From the IMG/VR virus record IMGVR_UViG_3300025108_004223, positions 62,763-126,762 of that record: DNA of 64,000 nt. One strand, given 5' to 3'. This document shows positions 28,580 through 37,482 of the stretch, in pieces; position 1 is the first letter of the stretch, and each line of letters begins with the position of its first letter. This DNA comes from a virus. The translations under genes were made by a program, and so were the position numbers. The notes under the pieces were generated by a model. That model searched no databases and was not told the origin of the DNA. It saw only the letters and a list, made by a program, of their open reading frames with translations.

Positions 28580-29136
28580 TACTTACTCTCCCAATGTTCA
28601 TGGCAACGTGGTTCATATAGATCTGCGCCGCCTACGTTTACTCTGCCACCACTTTTTCTAAGTCGTTGCGTCTTACTGCATGGTTGTCCACATATATTAC
28701 AAAATGCAGTTATTTTCATAATACCATCTGCTAGTGCTAACAATCTGCCAGTTGTATCAAATGGTATTCCTCTACTGTCTTGATCTAATCCTGCACATAC
28801 AAAGTTAACACCTTCACGTAATCCTTCTTCTACAAACCATAGTGCTTCTTTAGGATCAAAGAATTGCACCTCGTCAATGAATACTGTGTGAAAGTTATAA
28901 GGTTTAATTGTGTAATTATCTTTTACTAATTCTAAATCAATAACACTAATAGCAGGGTGACTAAGTTTATTGTGTGTAACAATCTTGTCTGGGTCATACC
29001 TGTCATCTACTAATGGTTTTAGGACTAATGCTTTGTGTCCTGAATGCTCTAGAAAGAGCAGTCGTTTTAACAACTCACTGCTCTTTCCTGCAAACATAGG
29101 TCCTGCAATGACCTCTAGATTGCCTCGTTTATACAT
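28579..29136 (-). CDS. tdk: Thymidine kinase
   Basis: GPMFAGKS, FIDEVQFF, AGLDQD, C-x-x-C zinc ligands, YEPRC. Confidence 0.95.
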   Translation of the reverse strand: MYKRGNLEVIAGPMFAGKSSELLKRLLFLEHSGHKALVLKPLVDDRYDPDKIVTHNKLSHPAISVIDLELVKDNYTIKPYNFHTVFIDEVQFFDPKEALWFVEEGLREGVNFVCAGLDQDSRGIPFDTTGRLLALADGIMKITAFCNICGQPCSKTQRLRKSGGRVNVGGADLYEPRCHEHWESK

Positions 29137-29139
29137 TTA

Positions 29140-31923
29140 TTAAAAGCTCCATGTTAAGTTAAGACCTGCTGTCGTAACTGTTTCGTTTGTTCCTGCATAG
29201 TTCAAACGTGCTTCTGCGTGTGCTTTAACAAACATGTTGTCTGTTACTTTGAAGTTACGAAACACACCTAAGTCTACTTCACGTTGTGTAGCACTTAAAT
29301 CACTTTCGCTTGTTAAGTAATCTACATCACCAGTTGAACTAACACTACTTGCTGATGTAAATGTTGCACTGCCTTGCGTAATTGCTACAGGCACACTTGC
29401 TACAAATCCAAAGTCGCCGTTGCTAACGTTACGTTTGATACCAAGTGTTGCACTATTACTTAGCAAGTTACTTGCTGATGTCATCATGCTATCACCTACG
29501 TTTACTTTAGTAATACCAAACATTGCATTACCAAATAGTGTAACATCTTCTGTTAGTGCTTTATCTAAGTTATAGCCTGCATAGAATGTAGTTGCACCAT
29601 TAACATCCATAAGTGGATTGTCTGCAACATTACCAAGGAAACTATTACCTTCTGTTACTGCGCCAAACATAAACTTATCTACTGTAGTTGCAATTGCTAC
29701 ACTATCTTCATTAATATTTAGTGCGCCTACTTCCATTGGAATAACTTGTCCATTACCATATCCAAAATAATAGTCTGGAGCAAATCCCATGTCAGCGGCT
29801 TGTGTTGGATCTGCACTTCGTGTATCAGCGACAGTAATCATATCGTTACCATCTACATAAAAGTTACGATCATAATCATCAACTACCATTGTGTTGCTAA
29901 TACTACTAATATAAGCACCGCCACTTAATGCAAATGCACCCGAGTCTAAATTACTTGTAGCGCCTTCAATACGTCCACTAGTTGGAATACCTATTGCACC
30001 TTGTGGGCTAGTTGCTTCATCTAAGTCAAGCATACCTTGTCCATGAATGTTCTCATCATAGTTTCTAAGATCCTTGTCGGCTGTATTAAGTAACAACTGA
30101 ACAATGTTCTCGCCTTTCATGTATGGCCACATTTGATGCACAATACCTACTGCACCTGTAACTGCCGGTGCCGCCATTGATGTTCCGCTATTAGTTCTAT
30201 ATTCACCATTAGCACTTGTTGATGCTACATAACGACCTGGTGCTAGTATATACCAATCACTAATTCTAGTATCACTTGAACATTCACCATTCGTGCCATA
30301 ACACATTGTTCCTGCTCTGTTACTTGAGTTTGAGATTTTATCTGTTTTAAGATCCCATGACCCAACTACAATTGCTTTACCACCAAGCAACAATTCACCA
30401 TCTTCGTTTTCGGCAACTGCATAATGAGCCGGAAAGGTTGGAACATCTAAACGTTGGTTACCTGCGGCAAATACAATTACTGCTTCGTTACCTGACATTG
30501 CATCTGTAAGTTGTGGCAACATATAATTATCATCTACTGCTAATCCTGAGTAGCCTTCAAGTGCATATACTCCATCGTAACGTGAGTCCGTGCTATAAAA
30601 TACACCATCTCCTGCACTTTGTATACTACGCTTATATGTTGTGTCTACGTTATAGTTACCAGATACGTTTATTGCATCTGCACCATTGTTAACTGCCCAC
30701 TCAATACCGTTACCTAATGCACTAAACTCATAGTATCCATTGTCCCATGCTGTTTTACCAATAAGTAGTTTGGCATCTGGAGCAACACCTGTTGTTCCTA
30801 CACCATCTAAGTTTGCCGCGGCAATACCTGCCACGTGTGTTCCGTGTGAATACTTATTTTTATCGTCTATTGTTTCGTTTCCATCTGCACATATACTTGT
30901 AAGACATTTACTAGCAATAATCTTATCAGCAAACTCTGGATGATCTAAATCAATACCAGTATCAAGTATTGCTAACACACTACCTTCGCCTGTCCAACCT
31001 TTTGCCCAGGCTTCTGGTGCATTAATACTTTCTAAATTATTACCATTATTATATAATCCACTTTCACGTGTAATGTAATCAACATTAATTCTGCTATTCA
31101 TACTGTGAACTGCATCAATATATGTCTGTGTTCCACCTAATGATACATCGTCCATTGCTAAGTATTCTTCTACAGTTAATACATTTTCTGTTTTAATACC
31201 AATACCATCGTTGACAACGTTCACTGGTTCGTTGACTACATCAACGACAACGACCTCCTCCTCAACGACAACGGGTTCTTCAACAACTTCAACAACTTCA
31301 ACAGGTCGTTCAAGTTCATATGTGCTTACAAAATTACGTTCAGTTTCTGTTCGTGTAACTTCTTCTACATTTGTAGAAACTAGATCAGTAGTAACTTTCG
31401 TAAGAGAAGTATCATCACTAAAATGTGTTGTAGTGTATGTGCCTTTATAACTCTTTGTTGTTACTGTTTTTGTATATGTAATTACAACATCTTCATATAC
31501 ATTAACTGTATAATCTTCTGTAACTTCATCTTGTGTGGAAGATCGTGTGGCTACCTCAGGAGATTCTTCTACCTGATCATAGTTTGTATATTTGTATGTT
31601 TTGTGTGTTTCGGTGACTGCTTGTTCAAGTGCACCACCAATTAATATTGTAAACTTTTCAATCTCATTCTCATAAAAGTTTACTGTTTCGACTAGCCCTG
31701 CGGCCCAACTGTAATGTCCGTATTTTTCTGCTAGTGGCTTTAATGATTTAAGTCCGCTTTCATATGAACGGATCATACTTTTTGCAAAGTTATCTCTTGA
31801 TTCAACGTTTGCTATATTAGACACCATGTCATAATAACTGAATGGTGCCGCTGTTGCTGGTGCAGTAGCTGATATACCTATAACAGCAACCGCAATAGCG
31901 ATCCAACTTCTTACATTTCTCAT
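29140..31923 (-). CDS. Secreted subtilisin-like (S8) serine protease with predicted C-terminal beta-barrel
   Basis: Signal peptide; triad ILDTGID / HGTHVAG / GTSMAAP; beta-strand-like C-terminus ending LNLTWSF. Confidence 0.9.
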   Translation of the reverse strand: MRNVRSWIAIAVAVIGISATAPATAAPFSYYDMVSNIANVESRDNFAKSMIRSYESGLKSLKPLAEKYGHYSWAAGLVETVNFYENEIEKFTILIGGALEQAVTETHKTYKYTNYDQVEESPEVATRSSTQDEVTEDYTVNVYEDVVITYTKTVTTKSYKGTYTTTHFSDDTSLTKVTTDLVSTNVEEVTRTETERNFVSTYELERPVEVVEVVEEPVVVEEEVVVVDVVNEPVNVVNDGIGIKTENVLTVEEYLAMDDVSLGGTQTYIDAVHSMNSRINVDYITRESGLYNNGNNLESINAPEAWAKGWTGEGSVLAILDTGIDLDHPEFADKIIASKCLTSICADGNETIDDKNKYSHGTHVAGIAAANLDGVGTTGVAPDAKLLIGKTAWDNGYYEFSALGNGIEWAVNNGADAINVSGNYNVDTTYKRSIQSAGDGVFYSTDSRYDGVYALEGYSGLAVDDNYMLPQLTDAMSGNEAVIVFAAGNQRLDVPTFPAHYAVAENEDGELLLGGKAIVVGSWDLKTDKISNSSNRAGTMCYGTNGECSSDTRISDWYILAPGRYVASTSANGEYRTNSGTSMAAPAVTGAVGIVHQMWPYMKGENIVQLLLNTADKDLRNYDENIHGQGMLDLDEATSPQGAIGIPTSGRIEGATSNLDSGAFALSGGAYISSISNTMVVDDYDRNFYVDGNDMITVADTRSADPTQAADMGFAPDYYFGYGNGQVIPMEVGALNINEDSVAIATTVDKFMFGAVTEGNSFLGNVADNPLMDVNGATTFYAGYNLDKALTEDVTLFGNAMFGITKVNVGDSMMTSASNLLSNSATLGIKRNVSNGDFGFVASVPVAITQGSATFTSASSVSSTGDVDYLTSESDLSATQREVDLGVFRNFKVTDNMFVKAHAEARLNYAGTNETVTTAGLNLTWSF

Positions 31924-31960
31924 AATTACACTCCTATTGCTTTTATGATTTAATACTTAC

Positions 31961-31989
31961 AGTATACAGTAAGATGTCTTGCTTGTCAA
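31961..31989 (-). promoter_or_regulatory. sigma70-type promoter with near-palindromic spacer
   Basis: TTGACA-AGCAAGACATCTTACTG-TATACT; 27/29 identical to 18062-18090. Confidence 0.8.
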
Positions 31990-31995
31990 CCTCTT

Positions 31996-32580
31996 TTATG
32001 TATTATTGTAAAACTCAAATGTTTCTTTAACAATACCAGTATCTTCTAGTGTATTTTCTAGTGTTTTACGCCCATATTCTACACGATGTAGCAATTTGTC
32101 TCCATCAATACTAACTAACGCTAAATTTAACAAATGATGACTGAAATCTTCTTCCTCTAAATATCCTGTAAAGAATGTTCCTTTGCATTCTCTGACACCT
32201 TTTAGGTAATGTCCTTTACCTAATGTGTTGCAATCCATAGTAAATCTTACAGATTCGTCTATTGCACTAGATGAATATACTGTGTTATCATCCTCATCAA
32301 TCACATGCACATGTATATGACTTGGGCGTGGACCAAATACTTCTATAAGTCTGTTTTGTTTGGACTTTGCCATGCCTAAGAACAATGGATCTTCGTAATC
32401 TGTTATAGGATTTCCATTTAGATTAGTTTCTGGATCTTCAAACAAATGACTGCGTGTTGCTTCAGTGTCTTGTTTGCTCCAAAATTCATATACATTTGGT
32501 TCAATGCGTCTTATATGTAAGTGGGCACCATACCCATTAACTATTATTTTATATTTCATAAGTTCTCGTAAAATTCCCAA
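31996..32580 (-). CDS. Hypothetical protein, paralog of 32556
   Basis: Shares NGYGA/YGYGG, DP.FLG, KG.FF and IDGD blocks with its neighbour. Confidence 0.6.
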   Translation of the reverse strand: MGILRELMKYKIIVNGYGAHLHIRRIEPNVYEFWSKQDTEATRSHLFEDPETNLNGNPITDYEDPLFLGMAKSKQNRLIEVFGPRPSHIHVHVIDEDDNTVYSSSAIDESVRFTMDCNTLGKGHYLKGVRECKGTFFTGYLEEEDFSHHLLNLALVSIDGDKLLHRVEYGRKTLENTLEDTGIVKETFEFYNNT

Positions 32581-33125
32581 CCAGAGTCTTTGGTAATAGT
32601 ATCGCCGCCGATGTTATCTAAATCTTCTCCATCATACGTAATACTATCAATAACTACATCACCATCAATATTAGTAGCACCAAATTTTAGTTTCTTGGGA
32701 TTAAAATTGTCTAATTCAATGTCACAACTAAAAAAGTTTCCTTTTTCTGTGTTCCAGCCTTTAAAATAATAACCCTCTGGTTGATCATCTGGATCAGAAA
32801 TATGTGTTGATTCTATTTCAGGGCTATCGTTTTCGTAAATAGTTTTACCATCTTCGTTTGTTACTACAACCTCACACTGGTCGTGGAACGCTCCATGGGC
32901 ATGATCAATATCATCAATCTCATGCCAGTTTCCAAGGAAACGTGGATCCTGATCATCTACAATATCATTGCCATCTGATTCTTCATATGGATCCCAAAAC
33001 AAGTGACTGTTTATTCCATCGTCATCCTCGCTTTTTATACTCCAATGTTCATAGGCTTCCTTAGATACAGAACCGAGAACCATCTCACCTCCATATCCAT
33101 ATATCTCAAGTGTAAATGTCGTCAC
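32556..33125 (-). CDS. Acidic hypothetical protein, paralog of 31996
   Basis: See 31996. Confidence 0.65.
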   Translation of the reverse strand: MTTFTLEIYGYGGEMVLGSVSKEAYEHWSIKSEDDDGINSHLFWDPYEESDGNDIVDDQDPRFLGNWHEIDDIDHAHGAFHDQCEVVVTNEDGKTIYENDSPEIESTHISDPDDQPEGYYFKGWNTEKGNFFSCDIELDNFNPKKLKFGATNIDGDVVIDSITYDGEDLDNIGGDTITKDSGWEFYENL

Positions 33126-33454
33126 TAGTCTTCTCCTAATCTCTTTAAAAACTTCTTTTGTTCAACTCTCTTTTCAATATCTAATTCTACATCGAAGTTT
33201 TTAGTTTTTACCATTTCTTTAATGATATCTGTTAGTGCTTCGATTTCATATTTTTGTTGACGTATAGTAGCGCCGACCATTAATGTTTCGCCGTTACCTT
33301 GTTGTATTTCAACTTCAGTTGGAGTATCATCATCAAATATTTTTAAACTTGATGTAGCTACATTCCCCAAGTCCATATCATATGTATCAGATGTTCCAAT
33401 TGAATAATAAGTATCAACATCATTTGTTGTTATAATTAAATCATCTGGATTCAT
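33125..33454 (-). CDS. Hypothetical protein
   Basis: AGGAGG RBS. Confidence 0.6.
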   Translation of the reverse strand: MNPDDLIITTNDVDTYYSIGTSDTYDMDLGNVATSSLKIFDDDTPTEVEIQQGNGETLMVGATIRQQKYEIEALTDIIKEMVKTKNFDVELDIEKRVEQKKFLKRLGED

Positions 33455-33468
33455 TTTAACCTCCTACC

Positions 33469-33579
33469 TTATAGAAAATCTTGAAGGTTATGCAGTCTAT
33501 GAGATATAAACATCAATCCAACTATAATAATCCATAAGCATAACCTAATGTCTTTTAATAATTTTTCATTTTTATCCAT
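33469..33579 (-). CDS. 36-aa single-helix membrane peptide
   Basis: MDKNEKLLKDIRLCLWIIIVGLMFISHRLHNLQDFL after AGGAGG RBS. Confidence 0.55.
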   Translation of the reverse strand: MDKNEKLLKDIRLCLWIIIVGLMFISHRLHNLQDFL

Positions 33580-33602
33580 TTTAACCTCCTATCTTAAAAA
33601 TT

Positions 33603-34154
33603 TTAAAAATTTCCGTAGTCTCTTTCGCCTTCCCACGGAAATACTACCCATACATCTTTTTCCATCTTATTGATTTCCATAGCTGTATAGTCTACATCGC
33701 CAAAGTCACTTGCACTGTTATCTAACAGACTAGCAAACCTAACGTTATTGCCCCAAACTGTATCCCAACCTTTGTCGTTAGGTAAACAGCCTGCAGGCCA
33801 ATCCTTTTTAATCCAATCCATAGTTTTACCACTATCATTAATATCATCAAAGATTAATATATTCTTTCTGTGACTGGTGTGAGCTAATCCCTTGCCACAG
33901 TAACCAAATGCATCTTCGGCCATCCAGAAATTTGATTCTGGACCACTGTAATTGTCTCCAGTATCTCTAAAACGCACATCTAATGCATGCATTTTAATTC
34001 CTGTAATATTGGACATCATAACTGCTGGCACTAAGCCGCCACGTGTCATGCCAACAATATAATCTGGACGCCAGTTGTCTGCAAACATAAGATTGTTAAC
34101 AGTGTTAACCATATGTTCAATGTCTTTCCATGTGTAGTATACTTTGTTAGACAT
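33603..34154 (-). CDS. Type I phosphoribosyltransferase (purine PRTase-like)
   Basis: IVGMTRGGLVPA, ILIFDDINDSGKT PRPP loop, WVVFPWE. Confidence 0.88.
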   Translation of the reverse strand: MSNKVYYTWKDIEHMVNTVNNLMFADNWRPDYIVGMTRGGLVPAVMMSNITGIKMHALDVRFRDTGDNYSGPESNFWMAEDAFGYCGKGLAHTSHRKNILIFDDINDSGKTMDWIKKDWPAGCLPNDKGWDTVWGNNVRFASLLDNSASDFGDVDYTAMEINKMEKDVWVVFPWEGERDYGNF

Positions 34155-34180
34155 GTTACTCTCCTATAGTGTCTGGTATG

Positions 34181-34360
34181 TTACATTGCGTTCTTGCGTT
34201 CTTGGATTTCCTTACGTCTTTCTTTTGTAAGTTTACCCAATTCGCCAAGGGCTTTACGGGCTCTTGAAGCAGCCGCTTTAATCGGCTTTTCAGCTTCCCA
34301 TGATTCGTTCTCTTTAACATATGTTTCATATGCTTGTGTAATTTTATCGTGATTTGTCAT
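34181..34360 (-). CDS. Histone H1-like Hc1-family small basic protein (59 aa)
   Basis: Manual translation includes KAAASRARKALGELGKLTKERRKEIQE; AGGAG RBS. Confidence 0.7.
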   Translation of the reverse strand: MTNHDKITQAYETYVKENESWEAEKPIKAAASRARKALGELGKLTKERRKEIQERKNAM

Positions 34361-34368
34361 TTTTTCTC

Positions 34369-34890
34369 CTATAGTGATTTTAATACGTTATCTGGTGTTG
34401 TTTCGCCATATGGGTCTGGGTCAGCGGCCGAACTATCAGGTTCAATAAACATTTTAGTTACTGTGCCGTTGTCAACAATCATTGCATAACGTCTGCTACG
34501 CTTGTTGAATCCCACACCACTCATATCAATTAATTGACCCATACCTTCTGTAAATGTTCCATTACCATCTGGTAGCACTTTAACATTCTTAAGGTTGTTT
34601 GCATCTCGCCATGCGTTCATTACAAATGCATCATTAACTGAACAGCAATAGATATCATCTACGCCTTTGTCATAAAATTGTTGTGCATTTTCTTCAAAGC
34701 CTGGCAGTTGATATGTTGAGCAAGTAGGTGTAAATGCACCTGGCAGACTAAACACTACAACTTTCTTGTTAGAAAAGATTTCGTTTGTAGTTAAATCTCC
34801 CCACGTTGATGGGAAGATTTCACATGAGTTAGGTTCAGCATCATCGCTTGGCACTCTAACTTTAAATATTACATTTGGTGTTGCTTTCAT
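34369..34890 (-). CDS. Peroxiredoxin (Prx5/redoxin type)
   Basis: PGAFTPTCS, SVNDAFVM, DGNG.FT..MG, RS.RYAM; track start 34953 overlaps the previous gene. Confidence 0.92.
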   Translation of the reverse strand: MKATPNVIFKVRVPSDDAEPNSCEIFPSTWGDLTTNEIFSNKKVVVFSLPGAFTPTCSTYQLPGFEENAQQFYDKGVDDIYCCSVNDAFVMNAWRDANNLKNVKVLPDGNGTFTEGMGQLIDMSGVGFNKRSRRYAMIVDNGTVTKMFIEPDSSAADPDPYGETTPDNVLKSL

Positions 34891-34909
34891 TTTAGTTTCG
34901 CTTTCATTG

Positions 34910-35248
34910 TTAATCTTTAAATTTAGTTCCACAGTCTGGACAAGTGTGTTCATGGTTATAACTATTCATTGCTTCTGGTGAATCTTTATCCCACCATAAC
35001 TTGAATAAAAAAGCATTTTCGGGCTCTTTAAATTTATAACAATATTGTCCAGTCTTTTTATCAGCAGTATAGTCATAATCAATATTTTTCTTACAATCTA
35101 TACCAACTAAGAAGTTTCTTGCTCCAGGTAAAGGCCTCACTTTAGTTCCCCATATAGGCTGACCTTGTTGATTTTTAAAAGAGTATGAGTAAGTCATATC
35201 CTTTTTATTTGTTGCCTCTACTAATACTTCTGTCCATTCACTTAACAT
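34910..35248 (-). CDS. Hypothetical protein with C-terminal CxxC
   Basis: Ends HTCPDCG. Confidence 0.55.
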   Translation of the reverse strand: MLSEWTEVLVEATNKKDMTYSYSFKNQQGQPIWGTKVRPLPGARNFLVGIDCKKNIDYDYTADKKTGQYCYKFKEPENAFLFKLWWDKDSPEAMNSYNHEHTCPDCGTKFKD

Positions 35249-35263
35249 TGTATTATCCTCTTG

Positions 35264-35806
35264 TTAAAGTATGTGTGCATGTTCCAATGCTTCATATCCA
35301 AACCATAATGCAAAAAATAAGAAAGCATATCGTGTTATTGTAAATAGCTCTCTGGTGTGTTTATATTTTTCTAATACCTTGTATAATGACGCTACTACTA
35401 TAACGGCACAAATTGCCGCCGGCCAACTTACTTGCTCACTTGGTGCGAACATGAATGTAAATATCTCCATGCTTTCTCTAAAGAATATAAACCATACAGT
35501 AAACATTCCTGCCCAAAATGTAGCAGTATTATCTGCAATTGCTTGAACATGTCCTTTGATGTGTGCTGGTAGATTATTACTTGTAAAAAACAAGTAAAGC
35601 ATTAATCCACTTAACGTGGCATACATTGCCACTTCGTAGTCTTCTAGGAATTCACCTAGTAGCATTCCACCTGCTAGTCCACTTACTAGACCAATTGCTC
35701 CTGCGGTAATCATTTTTTTATTTACTGATACTGTTGCTGTAATCATAAACAGCAAAAACATCATTTCGAGAGCTTCTCGCCCTACATATATAAAAGTCGC
35801 TAACAT
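35264..35806 (-). CDS. FTR1-family iron permease-like membrane protein
   Basis: Multiple TM helices with two RExxE motifs (GREALE, FRESME). Confidence 0.75.
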   Translation of the reverse strand: MLATFIYVGREALEMMFLLFMITATVSVNKKMITAGAIGLVSGLAGGMLLGEFLEDYEVAMYATLSGLMLYLFFTSNNLPAHIKGHVQAIADNTATFWAGMFTVWFIFFRESMEIFTFMFAPSEQVSWPAAICAVIVVASLYKVLEKYKHTRELFTITRYAFLFFALWFGYEALEHAHIL

Positions 35807-35815
35807 ATTATTCTC

Positions 35816-36514
35816 CTACTTAGCTGCAAAATCTGATTGGAGTTTAATGTTATCCATAAACTCTTCTTTAGTTGCAGGGTCAGTTTTAAATGCACCCTTA
35901 AGAACTGTAGTTTGTGTTAAACTACTGTGTGCCATAATGCCTCTGTTCTCACAACATCCGTGTGTTGCTTGAATGTAAACACCTACATCATCTGACTTGG
36001 TTACTTTCATAATCTCACGTGAAATATCCATTGCAAGTTCTTCTTGTAGTGTGCCACGCCTTGCACACCATTGTGCGATACGTGTATATTTAGATAAGCC
36101 AATTAGTGTGTCAGCGGCAATAATGCCAATGTATGCTACACCTGTTACTGGCTGATGGTGATGTGAACAAACACTTTTAAGTTCACTTCGCACAACTAAC
36201 ATACCATCATAACGTTCGTTAGTTACGTTGTCTGGTTCATTAGGAAATGCTGTTGCCGGTGGTGCTGTTTCATAACGCCCTGCCATTAATTCATTGTAAT
36301 ACATTTTAGCTAAACGCTTGCCTGTATCCATGCTGTTAGGATCTGTTTTCCTATCAATAACTAATGTATCTAATACACTTTCAAAGGCAAGTGTTGCCTC
36401 TTCAATTAGTTCTTCTCTATCACCATTTTGTAATACTTCACTAATGTTGTCACCCGCCCAATAGCGAATGCCTGCTTCTTCTAATTTGTTTCTAATTTGT
36501 TTTGACTTACTCAT
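35816..36514 (-). CDS. folE: GTP cyclohydrolase I
   Basis: SVCSHHH, GLSKY.R, LQEEL, HGCCENRG, T-fold C-terminus. Confidence 0.95.
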   Translation of the reverse strand: MSKSKQIRNKLEEAGIRYWAGDNISEVLQNGDREELIEEATLAFESVLDTLVIDRKTDPNSMDTGKRLAKMYYNELMAGRYETAPPATAFPNEPDNVTNERYDGMLVVRSELKSVCSHHHQPVTGVAYIGIIAADTLIGLSKYTRIAQWCARRGTLQEELAMDISREIMKVTKSDDVGVYIQATHGCCENRGIMAHSSLTQTTVLKGAFKTDPATKEEFMDNIKLQSDFAAK

Positions 36515-36528
36515 TTTATTCTCCGAGT

Positions 36529-37482
36529 TTACGACGAGGATGTCGTTTTAGTTTTTAAATACCAATCGTAGGCTGTTTTTACTATGTCGCTGAGTCCATG
36601 TTGTGGGACCCAGTCTAGTTCTTTTGTTGCTTCTACATCTGCTATAAGCATAGGTGGATCACCTGCTCTAGCTTCTGCAAATGCTGTGTTAGGCATTAGT
36701 GGAGTCATGTAACTAACTGCATCAACAATCTCTTTATTACTGTTACCTTCTCCGCTACCTAAGTTAAATACGTGAGCACCAGTGTTATTTTCTAAATACT
36801 GTAGTGATGCATAAATGCCACTTGCAATATCTTCTACATGTATGTAATCTCTAATACATGTTCCATCTGGTGTAGGATAATTATTGCCAAAGAAAGTAAA
36901 TGTCTTACCTGCCATTGCACTTTCCATTACTCTTGCAATAATATGTGTTGCTTGTTTCTCTTGACCCATCTCACAATCTGAGTCAGCGCCTGCAACATTA
37001 AAGAAACGTAAACTAACACTGTTCATTCCATATGCAATAGCATAATCTTTTAGCATTATTTCTGTCATACGCTTGCTCATTCCGTATGGATTTGTAGGTT
37101 CGTTTTTATCTGTAACCCTACATATTCCATCTTCTACTATGCCATAACAGGCAGCCGAACTTGCGAAAACAAATTTGTTAACGCTCTGAATCTTGCAGTC
37201 TTGCATTAACGCTAAAGTTCCTTGCACATTATTTTGATAATAAGTGTGAGGATCTGTTACACTAGGACCCACTAGACTAGTGGCCGCTATATGGACACAA
37301 GCATCAACTCCAAGCAATAGGTCTTGGATGTCGTTATAGTCACGATCATCATGGAATACTTTGTAGTAGTCGTGACGTGGTTTGTGCCTGTCAACTCCAA
37401 TAACTTCGTGTCCTGCTCTTGTTAATGTCTTACACGTTTGACTGCCGATATATCCGGCTGCTCCTGTTACAACAATCTTCAT
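36529..37482 (-). CDS. galE: UDP-glucose 4-epimerase
   Basis: TGAAGYIGS, FASSAACYG, YGMSK (YxxxK), LRFFNVAGA, TPDGTCIRDYIHV. Confidence 0.9.
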   Translation of the reverse strand: MKIVVTGAAGYIGSQTCKTLTRAGHEVIGVDRHKPRHDYYKVFHDDRDYNDIQDLLLGVDACVHIAATSLVGPSVTDPHTYYQNNVQGTLALMQDCKIQSVNKFVFASSAACYGIVEDGICRVTDKNEPTNPYGMSKRMTEIMLKDYAIAYGMNSVSLRFFNVAGADSDCEMGQEKQATHIIARVMESAMAGKTFTFFGNNYPTPDGTCIRDYIHVEDIASGIYASLQYLENNTGAHVFNLGSGEGNSNKEIVDAVSYMTPLMPNTAFAEARAGDPPMLIADVEATKELDWVPQHGLSDIVKTAYDWYLKTKTTSSS

